Positions 24,537-32,000 of a stretch of DNA of 32,000 nucleotides are shown in pieces. Each line of letters begins with the position of its first letter. Position 1 is the stretch's first letter. Under the pieces are notes generated by a model. It was not told the DNA's origin and searched no databases. It saw only the letters and a program-made list of their open reading frames with translations. The translations under genes were made by a program, and so were the position numbers. The DNA is from Candidatus Electrothrix yaqonensis (lineage in GTDB: Bacteria > Desulfobacterota > Desulfobulbia > Desulfobulbales > Desulfobulbaceae). Location of the stretch: assembly GCA_047651235.1 (NCBI GenBank), contig CP178758.1, positions 3,060,001 through 3,092,000 of the forward strand. Reading direction: 5' to 3'.

Positions 24537-25538
24537 GTGAGGCGGCCAAAATCTCAGAAGAAACTCTGCGGATTCATTGCCGGAAGGCGGAAGGCATTAA
24601 CGCTTGAACCAAAAACCACTCCTGTACAGACAAAGTTGAACAACAGAATTCCGAATAATAGAAAATCGGCCGCTCCTGAAACAGAGCGGTCTGCAGAAAG
24701 GATACAGGAAGATTGCCGCTATGTTCCTGTGATCATAAAAAGGACGGATGAAGGAAGCCGTCATCCTGACGATATCCTTGAAAAGGCAATTGAAGAAGGG
24801 CTTGAACAGATCCAGAGGCCTTTTCTTTCCCTTGCCCTGTCCTCAGTGGCGGCCGGTCTTATTCTCAGTTCTTCCGTCATGGCTGTGGCAGTCATCTCCA
24901 CTCTGGTTCTCGACTGCGGTCAGTCCCATTTCATGCGGCTTGCCACAGCGTTGGTGTATCCCTTGGGATTTATTATCTGCATTATCAGCGGAACCGAGCT
25001 GTTTACCGAGCATACCGCCACAGCAGTGTACCCTGTACTGGCCGGAAAAGCCGGGTTGAATCAGCTGTTCCGGCTCTGGTCAATCGTCATCCTGGGAAAT
25101 ATGATCGGATCGGCTGCAGGCGCCGGGCTGCTGACTTCGACCGACACTGTCATTCAGGCGGAAAAAGGATATATACTTATCGCCGAACATCTTGTGAAAT
25201 ATGAGATTGTTCCCCTGCTGTTCAGTGCTGTTCTCGCCGGTTGGCTCATGGCTCTGGGCGGCTGGCTGGTTCTGGCCACCACACCGGCGGTCAGCCAGAT
25301 AATCTGCATTTATATCGTCACCTTTCTGATTGGAATCGGCGGGCTGCATCACTCCATCGCAGGGTCGGTGGAAATGTTCACGGCTCTGTTTATCAGCAGC
25401 CAGTTTTCCGTACTGCAGACATTATGTTTTATCGTGCCTGCCATGCTCGGCAATCTGATCGGCGGCAGCTTTTTTGTAGCAACATTGAACTACGGCCATA
25501 TCCGGCAGACGCAGAACAGAAAAATATCAGAAAGATAG
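24537..25538 (+). CDS. Formate/nitrite transporter (FNT) family protein, YfdC-like, with a long basic N-terminal extension
   Basis: Six-TM FNT-like core (LSLALSSVAAGLILS ... GTELFTEHTA ... GNMIGSAAG ... GGLHHSIAGSVEMF ... GNLIGGSFFVA). The start is a GTG. The first 65 aa or so have no family-like sequence and an internal GTG near 24732 is possible. Start uncertain. Confidence 0.78.
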   Translation: MRRPKSQKKLCGFIAGRRKALTLEPKTTPVQTKLNNRIPNNRKSAAPETERSAERIQEDCRYVPVIIKRTDEGSRHPDDILEKAIEEGLEQIQRPFLSLALSSVAAGLILSSSVMAVAVISTLVLDCGQSHFMRLATALVYPLGFIICIISGTELFTEHTATAVYPVLAGKAGLNQLFRLWSIVILGNMIGSAAGAGLLTSTDTVIQAEKGYILIAEHLVKYEIVPLLFSAVLAGWLMALGGWLVLATTPAVSQIICIYIVTFLIGIGGLHHSIAGSVEMFTALFISSQFSVLQTLCFIVPAMLGNLIGGSFFVATLNYGHIRQTQNRKISER

Positions 25539-25607
25539 GCCGGTTTGTATCGGGCTGTACAGAACGGTGAAAGTTGGCAGTTAAATCTTTTGGTTATCTG
25601 AGACGGA

Positions 25608-26690
25608 ATGCGCATCATAATTACCGGCGGCGGCACCGGCGGCCATCTTTTTCCCGGCATTGCTCTGGCCACCGCCCTGCAGCAGGAGATTCCCGGTTGT
25701 GAGATCCTGTTTATCGGCACGCAGCGGCAGCTTGACAGGAAGGCTCTGGCCGGGTTTAATTTTCAACAGAAATCCATTGCCTGTATGGGGTTGAAGGGCA
25801 TGGGGCTGAAGCATCGTCTGCAGAGCCTCGGCAGTCTGCCTGCGGCCGTGCTGGAGTCATGGCGGATCATACGGCAGTTTCAGCCTGATCTGGTCTTCGG
25901 GGTGGGCGGCTATGTCACCGGTCCGGTCCTGCTGGCTGCCCGGCTGCAGTCCGTGCCTACCTGCATTCATGAGCAGAATTCCGTGCCGGGTCTGGCCAAC
26001 CGGCTGATCGCCCGTTTCGTCAGCAGGATTTTTGTCTCCATTCCCGGTGAATACCCTTTTGCCCGGCAAAAAACCATTGTTTCCGGCAATCCGGTGCGCA
26101 GGGAAATTCTGGCGGCAGCGGAACAGAAGCGGGACAGGAAACAAGACGGGCCTCTGACGTTGCTGGTCATGGGAGGCAGTCTCGGTGCCCACCGGATCAA
26201 CATGCTGCTGCTTGAGGTGGCGGAGCGGTTCAATGAGCAGCAGAAAAGCGGTCTGCAGCTCATTCATCAGACCGGTACGGCTGATGAGGAACAGGTCAAA
26301 GTCGGGTATGCGGCTGCCGATGTCCGGGCTGAGGTCTCGGCATTTTTCACTGACATGGCCTCGCTGTATGCCTGTGCCGACTTGGTCATTGCCCGAGCAG
26401 GAGCAACGTCTCTGGCAGAGCTGTCTGTTATGGGATTGCCCGCCGTCCTGATTCCCTATCCGTATGCGGCGGATGATCACCAGGCGAAGAACGCTGCATA
26501 CTATGTGGCAGGCGGTGGGGCAGTGATGTACCGGGAAGAGGAGCTGGATGCTGAACAACTTGTCGGAGTTCTGACGGAACTGACAGGAGATGTTGACAGG
26601 TTAGGGCGGATGGCATCTGCCATGCAGAAAATGGGGCAGCCGGAAGCCACACGCCGGATTCTTGCCAGCTGTCTGGAGCTGATCGAATGA
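25608..26690 (+). CDS. murG: UDP-N-acetylglucosamine-N-acetylmuramyl-(pentapeptide) pyrophosphoryl-undecaprenol N-acetylglucosamine transferase
   Basis: MRIIITGGGTGGHLFPGIALA N-terminus. C-terminal ARAGATSLAELSVMGLPAVLIPYPYAADDHQAKNA. Confidence 0.94.
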   Translation: MRIIITGGGTGGHLFPGIALATALQQEIPGCEILFIGTQRQLDRKALAGFNFQQKSIACMGLKGMGLKHRLQSLGSLPAAVLESWRIIRQFQPDLVFGVGGYVTGPVLLAARLQSVPTCIHEQNSVPGLANRLIARFVSRIFVSIPGEYPFARQKTIVSGNPVRREILAAAEQKRDRKQDGPLTLLVMGGSLGAHRINMLLLEVAERFNEQQKSGLQLIHQTGTADEEQVKVGYAAADVRAEVSAFFTDMASLYACADLVIARAGATSLAELSVMGLPAVLIPYPYAADDHQAKNAAYYVAGGGAVMYREEELDAEQLVGVLTELTGDVDRLGRMASAMQKMGQPEATRRILASCLELIE

Positions 26691-26779
26691 TTAGGAAAAG
26701 TTCAGGAGGAGGAACACGCTAAAGTGACGCTGAGGCATGCAGAGAAAATTTATTAGGAGGAGTCGGTCGGGCCAAGCAG

Positions 26780-28162
26780 ATGTATAAGAATAACAAAAAA
26801 CAACATATTCATTTTGTCGGGATCGGCGGCATCGGCATGTCCGGTATTGCGGAGCTCCTGCTGTACTTGGGCTATAAGGTCAGCGGTTCTGATCTGGCTG
26901 AAACAGATATTACCCGCCGTCTTGAAAAGATGGGTGCTGCGGTCTGTACGGGGCATCGGGCGGACAGAATTTCCGGCGCTGATGTGGTGGTTGTCTCGAC
27001 AGCAATTACCAAAGACAACCCGGAAGTCGCTGCAGCACGGGAACAGCAGATCCCAGTGATTCAGCGGGCCGAGATGCTGGCGGAACTCATGCGGCTGAAA
27101 AAGTTCGGCATTGCCATTGCCGGAAGTCACGGCAAGACATCGACTTCTTCGCTTGTTGCGGCGATTCTGGATGCGGCCGGGCTGGACCCCACTGTGGTGG
27201 TGGGCGGCAAGGTTGACTGCTTCGGCGGCAGCAATGCCCATTTCGGGGACGGTGAGTTTCTGGTGGCCGAGGCGGATGAAAGCGACGGCTCGTTTCTTAA
27301 GCTCTCTCCGGTGATCGAGGTGATTACCAATATTGATCTGGAGCATCTGGATTATTACCGCGATCTGGATCATATCAAGGATACCTTTCTTGAGTTTATC
27401 GAAAAGATTCCTTTTTACGGGGCAGCTGTGGTCTGTCTTGATGACAGCAATCTTGCCGGGCTGCTGCCGCATATTCAGCGGCGCAAAATCACCTACGGAC
27501 TGACCGAACAGGCGGATCTGCAGGCGACAAAGATCTCCGTTGACGGCTGCATCAATGAGTTTTCCGTGCTGTATCGGGGCAAAGAACTGGGCAGAATCCG
27601 CCGCAACAGTCCGGGACGGCATACGGTCTACAATACGCTGGCAGCCATTGCTGTAGCTATGGAACTGGAAATTGAATTTCCGGTCATTGCCCATGCTCTG
27701 GAACAATTTGAGGGCGTACAACGGCGGATTCAGGTCAAGGGGAACCAACAGGACATTCTGGTTGTTGATGATTACGGTCATCATCCCACGGAAATTCGTG
27801 CAACCCTGGATGCAGTCCGGGACGGCTGGCCTGACCGACGGCTTGTCGTGGTCTTTCAGCCGCACCGGTACACCCGGACCAAAGGGTTGTTCGAGGAGTT
27901 TACCACGGCATTTCATCGCGCTGATGTTCTGATTCTGACGGATATTTATCCGGCCGGTGAAGAGCCGATTGAAGGGGTGGACAGCAAAGCCCTGCTTGAA
28001 GCGGTCAAGCTGCACGGTCAGCGCCATGCTTTTTATCACGCCGATCTATCTACGCTCCCTCATTACCTGCTTGACTTTATTTCTGAAAAAGATTTAGTAC
28101 TGACTCTTGGAGCCGGAAATATTGTGCAGGTCGGCGAGCAGCTGCTTGACTTGTTGAACTGA
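26780..28162 (+). CDS. murC: UDP-N-acetylmuramate-L-alanine ligase
   Basis: HIHFVGIGGIGMSGIAELL, P-loop IAGSHGKTSTSSL, DDYGHHPTEI. Confidence 0.94.
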   Translation: MYKNNKKQHIHFVGIGGIGMSGIAELLLYLGYKVSGSDLAETDITRRLEKMGAAVCTGHRADRISGADVVVVSTAITKDNPEVAAAREQQIPVIQRAEMLAELMRLKKFGIAIAGSHGKTSTSSLVAAILDAAGLDPTVVVGGKVDCFGGSNAHFGDGEFLVAEADESDGSFLKLSPVIEVITNIDLEHLDYYRDLDHIKDTFLEFIEKIPFYGAAVVCLDDSNLAGLLPHIQRRKITYGLTEQADLQATKISVDGCINEFSVLYRGKELGRIRRNSPGRHTVYNTLAAIAVAMELEIEFPVIAHALEQFEGVQRRIQVKGNQQDILVVDDYGHHPTEIRATLDAVRDGWPDRRLVVVFQPHRYTRTKGLFEEFTTAFHRADVLILTDIYPAGEEPIEGVDSKALLEAVKLHGQRHAFYHADLSTLPHYLLDFISEKDLVLTLGAGNIVQVGEQLLDLLN

Positions 28163-28182
28163 CTGAAGGACGGGAAAGAAAG

Positions 28183-29106
28183 ATGAATCCGCAGCAGCGT
28201 GAAAGATTGGCGGCAGGCCGACAGGGCAGGGTGCAGTTTGATGTGCCGATGGGGCAGTATTCCACTCTGCGGACAGGAGGCAGAGCCGGGGCCTTTCTTG
28301 ACGTACACACCCGGGCTGAGCTGCAGTCCCTGCTTGTTCTGCTGCAGGAGGAACAGCTTGCCTTCCGGGTGATCGGGCGGGGGTCCAATATTCTGGTGCG
28401 GGACAGCGGCTATCCCGGTGTAATTCTCCGTCTGCAGGGGGAGTTTGATCATATTGAAATTCCGGAGGTTGCCGGAGAAAAAAAAATGATCAGGGCCGGG
28501 GCAGGCTGTTCCTTGGCCCGGCTGCTCTCCTGGTGCAGCGGCCAAGGATTGGCTGGCCTGGAATTCATGGCCGGTATTCCAGGTTCAATAGGCGGAGCGG
28601 TCCGGATGAATGCCGGAGCCTGGGGCCAGGAGATCGGCGAACAGCTCCGGGCTGTTGAGGTTATTGACCCGCAGGGGAATATGCAGGAAATATCTGCAGC
28701 AGGACTGCGTCCAGCTTATCGTCGGCTGGAGCTTGCGGCGGGGAAAACGGACAGGGTGATTTTTATTTCGGCAACGTTCAGCCTGATCCGGGATGCAGAG
28801 GAAACAATACGTGCCCGCCGGAGCGAGTATCTTGGGCGCAGAAAAGGAAAGCAGCCAGCCGGGGTGGCCTCGGCCGGGTCGTTTTTTAAGAACCCGCCGG
28901 ACGACTCGGCTGGCAGACTGATTGAAGCTGCCGGGCTAAAAGGGCTGCGCTGCGGCGCAGCAATGGTTTCGCCGGTGCATGCCAATTTTATCGTTAATAC
29001 CGGCCAGGCTGCAGCCACGGATATTCTGCTGCTTATGGAACAGGTCCAGGATGAGGTTTTCCGACAGTTTGCCGTCCGTCTGACTCCGGAGGTGGATGTT
29101 CTGTAG
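28183..29106 (+). CDS. murB: UDP-N-acetylenolpyruvoylglucosamine reductase
   Basis: FAD-binding region YSTLRTGGRA and GRGSNILV. GIPGSIGGAVRMNAGAWG, and substrate-domain AGSFFKNP. Confidence 0.92.
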   Translation: MNPQQRERLAAGRQGRVQFDVPMGQYSTLRTGGRAGAFLDVHTRAELQSLLVLLQEEQLAFRVIGRGSNILVRDSGYPGVILRLQGEFDHIEIPEVAGEKKMIRAGAGCSLARLLSWCSGQGLAGLEFMAGIPGSIGGAVRMNAGAWGQEIGEQLRAVEVIDPQGNMQEISAAGLRPAYRRLELAAGKTDRVIFISATFSLIRDAEETIRARRSEYLGRRKGKQPAGVASAGSFFKNPPDDSAGRLIEAAGLKGLRCGAAMVSPVHANFIVNTGQAAATDILLLMEQVQDEVFRQFAVRLTPEVDVL

Positions 29107-29170
29107 CCTCCGCAGCCGATGACAGCTGACCTGATATTACGGAATTAAGGATTAATTTCCTGAAGCGTCA

Positions 29171-30130
29171 ATGAAGCGTAAAAAAACTCGATACAGACGC
29201 CAGAGAGCAGGACGTTCACCGGTACTCCGCCGCTACCGTTCCGAGGTTATCCGGCCTGTCCAGCTGCGGATCCGCATTAATATGGGGGTGTATCAGCAGG
29301 TTGCCGGTGTCCGGCAGGAACCGGCCCTGAAGCTGCGTTTTATCGGATATGGTTTTGTTTTCCTCCTGCTGGTTCTGCTGTTAACCGGGGCTGTCCGGCT
29401 CGGATACGGGATACTGGAGGAATCAGGGACTTTTGTCGTACGCAGGATTACAGTGCTGGGCAACCGGATGAGCAATGAGGCAGAGATACTTTCTCTGGCT
29501 GATATCAGGCGGGGAACTCATCTGTTCGATTTTGATACCGAGGCCGTTGCAGAGCGGGTCCGGCAGCATCTCTGGATTGATCAGGCAGCGGTTGAACGGG
29601 TCTGGCCGGATGCCCTGACCATCCGGGTATACGAGCACCGTCCTCTGGCCCTGCTCAATATTGAGCAGAAAAAAGAGCATGGAGAAGAAGCACTGCCCGG
29701 CCTGTATTATGTGGATCATCATGGTATAATTTTCTCTCCGGTAGATCGCTCTCAACGGCTTGATTTTCCGGTTGTTACCGGTTTTGTCCCTCCCGAAAGG
29801 GCCGGAGAAAAAGAGGCCTTGTCCGGGCTTGATCTTGCAGATACAGCAGGTGATGCGTATCAGTTTCTCCAGCTTGCTGCTCTGGGCAATCCGATCCTGC
29901 CGCTTCAGTCCATTTCCGAGATCAACGTGCAGGGAGAAAAAGGAATTGTTGTCTATCTTGTCGAACGCCCCTTTCCTATTTATGTCGGATGTGGTAATGT
30001 CAAAAGCAGATATTATCAGCTCGTTAAACTGCTTGCACTCTTTTATCGGAAGAACGGGCTGGAAGGAATCAGGGCAATTCGTATGGATTATCAGGCTGGT
30101 CGCATTCTTGTAGCCAGGACGGAGCCGTAG
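29171..30130 (+). CDS. ftsQ: Cell division protein FtsQ (basic N-terminus, one TM, POTRA domain)
   Basis: Positioned between murB and ftsA. TM segment is FIGYGFVFLLLVLLLTGAV. POTRA-like region is VRRITVLGNRMSNEAEILSLADI ... VERVWPDALTIRVYEHRP. Confidence 0.82.
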   Translation: MKRKKTRYRRQRAGRSPVLRRYRSEVIRPVQLRIRINMGVYQQVAGVRQEPALKLRFIGYGFVFLLLVLLLTGAVRLGYGILEESGTFVVRRITVLGNRMSNEAEILSLADIRRGTHLFDFDTEAVAERVRQHLWIDQAAVERVWPDALTIRVYEHRPLALLNIEQKKEHGEEALPGLYYVDHHGIIFSPVDRSQRLDFPVVTGFVPPERAGEKEALSGLDLADTAGDAYQFLQLAALGNPILPLQSISEINVQGEKGIVVYLVERPFPIYVGCGNVKSRYYQLVKLLALFYRKNGLEGIRAIRMDYQAGRILVARTEP

Positions 30131-30133
30131 GCG

Positions 30134-31444
30134 GTGGACGCAATGGATGAACTGGATATAAAGGTTGCTGAAGAAACAGAGCCTTCGGAAGAGGAAGAGA
30201 CCGGAAAGATCAAAGAGCAGGTCAGGACGGCAAGTCAGGGGACAGGCGAACTGGTTGCCGGTCTGGACATAGGCACCACCAAGATATGCGCTGTTATCGG
30301 CGAGGTCTTTGATGACGGCAGTGTGAATATTCTCGGCGTGGGAACCGCTGCATCCTCAGGCATGAAAAAAGGTGTAGTGGTCAATATTGAATCCACGGTC
30401 AGATCAATCCGTCAGGCCATTGACAGCGCCTCTGACATGGCAGGATGCGATATCGAGACCGTGTATGTCGGTATTGCCGGAACCCATATCAAAGGCTTCA
30501 ATTCTCCCGGCATTATTGCGATCAACAACCAGCAGATCCGGCAGAAGGAAATTCAGGCGGTCATTCATGCCGCCCAGACGGTAAAAATTTCCGACAATCA
30601 GCAGATTATTCACGTCCTGCCCCAGGAGTACATGGTGGATGATCATACCGGGATTCAGAATCCCCTGGGCATGACCGGAGTGCGCCTGGCGACCAATGTC
30701 CATATTGTCACGGCAGATGTCACCTCCCTGCATAACCTGGTGACCAGCTGCAACCGGGCTGAACTGAATGTGGCGGAAGTGGTGCTTGAATCTGTGGCCT
30801 CAGCCAGAGCGGTGCTGAGCCAGGATGAAATGGAACTCGGCGTGGCCCTGCTGGATGTCGGGGGAGGGACCACGGATCTAGCCGTATTCTGCAACGGGTC
30901 CATCAAATATACCTGGGAGCTGGCCCTGGGCGGCAACAACCTGACCAATGATCTGTCTGTGGGGCTGCGTACTCCGCTGCAGGAGGCCGAGATGCTGAAA
31001 TATAAGTACGGCGGAGCAATCTCCTCCATGGTCAAGGAGAATCATATTATTGAGGTACCCACAGTCGGCGACCGTAAGGCCCGCAAGGTGTCCCAGAGGG
31101 TGCTGGTGGAAATTCTGGAGGCCAGAATGGAGGAGATCCTCCAGGTGGTCAATAAGAAAGTCTGCGGGTCCGGCTACAGAAATCGGATCAATGCCGGTAT
31201 GGTCATCACCGGCGGGACAGCTCTGCTGCCCAATATCGTGGAAATGGCGGAGCAGGTGTTTGATATGCCGGTGCGGATCAGTTTTCCCCAGGGAGTCGGG
31301 GGCCGGATAGAGGATGTGGAGTCTCCCCGCTGTACCACGGGTGTCGGTCTGGTTTTATACGGCTGCAATCAGAAAGAAATTGTTCCGGTGGAGAGTGACG
31401 GTATTCTCAGCAGGCTGAGAAATTTTTTGAAAAATATTATTTAG
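30134..31444 (+). CDS. ftsA: Cell division protein FtsA (actin-like ATPase)
   Basis: GLDIGTTKICAVIGE (phosphate-1), LDVGGGTTDLAVF (phosphate-2) and VITGGTALLPNIVEMAEQVF. Start is GTG 30134 or ATG 30143. It has an acidic N-terminal extension of roughly 30 aa. Confidence 0.92.
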   Translation: MDAMDELDIKVAEETEPSEEEETGKIKEQVRTASQGTGELVAGLDIGTTKICAVIGEVFDDGSVNILGVGTAASSGMKKGVVVNIESTVRSIRQAIDSASDMAGCDIETVYVGIAGTHIKGFNSPGIIAINNQQIRQKEIQAVIHAAQTVKISDNQQIIHVLPQEYMVDDHTGIQNPLGMTGVRLATNVHIVTADVTSLHNLVTSCNRAELNVAEVVLESVASARAVLSQDEMELGVALLDVGGGTTDLAVFCNGSIKYTWELALGGNNLTNDLSVGLRTPLQEAEMLKYKYGGAISSMVKENHIIEVPTVGDRKARKVSQRVLVEILEARMEEILQVVNKKVCGSGYRNRINAGMVITGGTALLPNIVEMAEQVFDMPVRISFPQGVGGRIEDVESPRCTTGVGLVLYGCNQKEIVPVESDGILSRLRNFLKNII

Positions 31445-31521
31445 GGCTGGATTTAAGACTGGAAAAGATTGTATGACGGTTTTATACTAATACATACGTA
31501 TTTTGCGGTAAAAAGTGATCG

Positions 31522-31535
31522 TATACAATTGTATA
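31522..31535. promoter_or_regulatory. Perfect 14-bp palindrome upstream of ftsZ
   Basis: TATACAATTGTATA at 31522-31535, about 50 nt upstream of the ftsZ ATG in the AT-rich ftsA-ftsZ spacer. Function unknown. Confidence 0.25.
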
Positions 31536-31585
31536 ATAAACATTGTTTGATCTGATGCGGGAACGAAGTGCTTGAGGGGGAAGGC

Positions 31586-32000
31586 ATGTCCTATAGAATG
31601 GCGGAAGAAGAGTCAGTTGCGAATATCAAGGTAATCGGAGTCGGCGGCGGCGGCGGAAACGCCATCAATACCATGGTCGAAAACCGGCTTACCGGGGTCC
31701 AGTTTATTGCGGCTAATACAGATATGCAGGCTTTGGAAAATTCAAAGGCAGATATCCGGATTCAGCTCGGACCGAATATCACCAAAGGTATGGGGGCCGG
31801 AGCTGATCCTGCTATGGGCCGGGATGCGGCTCAGGAAAGTCTGGATGACCTGGCCAATGCTATTGCTGATGCGGATATGGTGTTTGTGACAGCCGGGCTC
31901 GGAGGCGGAACCGGAACAGGGGCTGCTCCGGTTATTGCGCAGCTCTGCAAGAAGCAGGGTGCGCTGACGGTTTCTGTTGTCACCAAACCCTTTTATTTTG
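31586..32000 (+). CDS. ftsZ: Cell division GTPase FtsZ (N-terminal 138 codons; truncated by the window end)
   Basis: Not in the ORF track because no stop is reached. My translation is [35 protein letters not shown]...NTDMQAL...[15 protein letters not shown]...[19 protein letters not shown], which carries the tubulin signature GGGTGTG. GAGGGGGAAGG lies upstream of ATG 31586. Confidence 0.94.
   Translation, partial: MSYRMAEEESVANIKVIGVGGGGGNAINTMVENRLTGVQFIAANTDMQALENSKADIRIQLGPNITKGMGAGADPAMGRDAAQESLDDLANAIADADMVFVTAGLGGGTGTGAAPVIAQLCKKQGALTVSVVTKPFYF

Noticed and set aside
26753-28039. 428-aa ORF on the minus strand
   Set aside because: It lies entirely antisense to murC, whose identity is unambiguous. 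The product is low-complexity and motif-free. I take it as a shadow ORF caused by the codon bias of the sense gene.
1-32000. Search by eye for tRNA/rRNA, CRISPR repeats, IS elements with terminal inverted repeats, integrases, toxin-antitoxin pairs and known defence-system signatures
   Set aside because: None found. The intergenic regions are short or AT-rich with no cloverleaf-like GC stems. There are no regularly spaced repeats of 25 bp or more. No ORF has transposase, integrase or nuclease motifs that I could recognise.

Overview
The window reads as mostly core chromosome of a Gram-negative bacterium, since LpxB, Lgt and periplasmic HtrA are present. Protein flavour and mid-to-high G+C suggest Desulfobacterota or deltaproteobacteria, but I cannot verify that without a search.

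Gene order, left to right:
- An AT-rich block with two small membrane-protein ORFs (1-1020).
- A co-directional string: htrA/degQ, a MazG-like pyrophosphohydrolase, a NahK/APH-fold kinase, an FKBP PPIase and an anchored unknown protein (1042-5301).
- A convergent GT4 glycosyltransferase, then lgt.
- A cold-shock-type block: a decayed RRM RNA-binding gene, the DEAD-box helicase rhlE and cspA. It is followed by a decayed second copy of the lgt 5' end.
- lpxB, then a REC/HD-GYP response regulator coupled to a multi-TM PAS histidine kinase.
- On the minus strand, pstS-pstC-pstA-pstB followed by an ArsC-family reductase where phoU usually sits.
- Divergent phoB-phoR, an MscS-family channel and an FNT-family transporter.
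- The distal part of the dcw cluster: murG-murC-murB-ftsQ-ftsA-ftsZ, with ftsZ cut by the window end.

I found no tRNA, rRNA, CRISPR array, transposase or integrase. I see no clear-cut novel multi-gene system. The most unusual items are:
- the lgt relic and RRM-gene relic bracketing the rhlE-cspA block
- the phoU-less pst operon with arsC in the phoU slot
- the GTGA-coupled MazG/kinase pair
- the AT-rich block at the left edge

All family calls rest on motifs read from the supplied translations. No database search was run.
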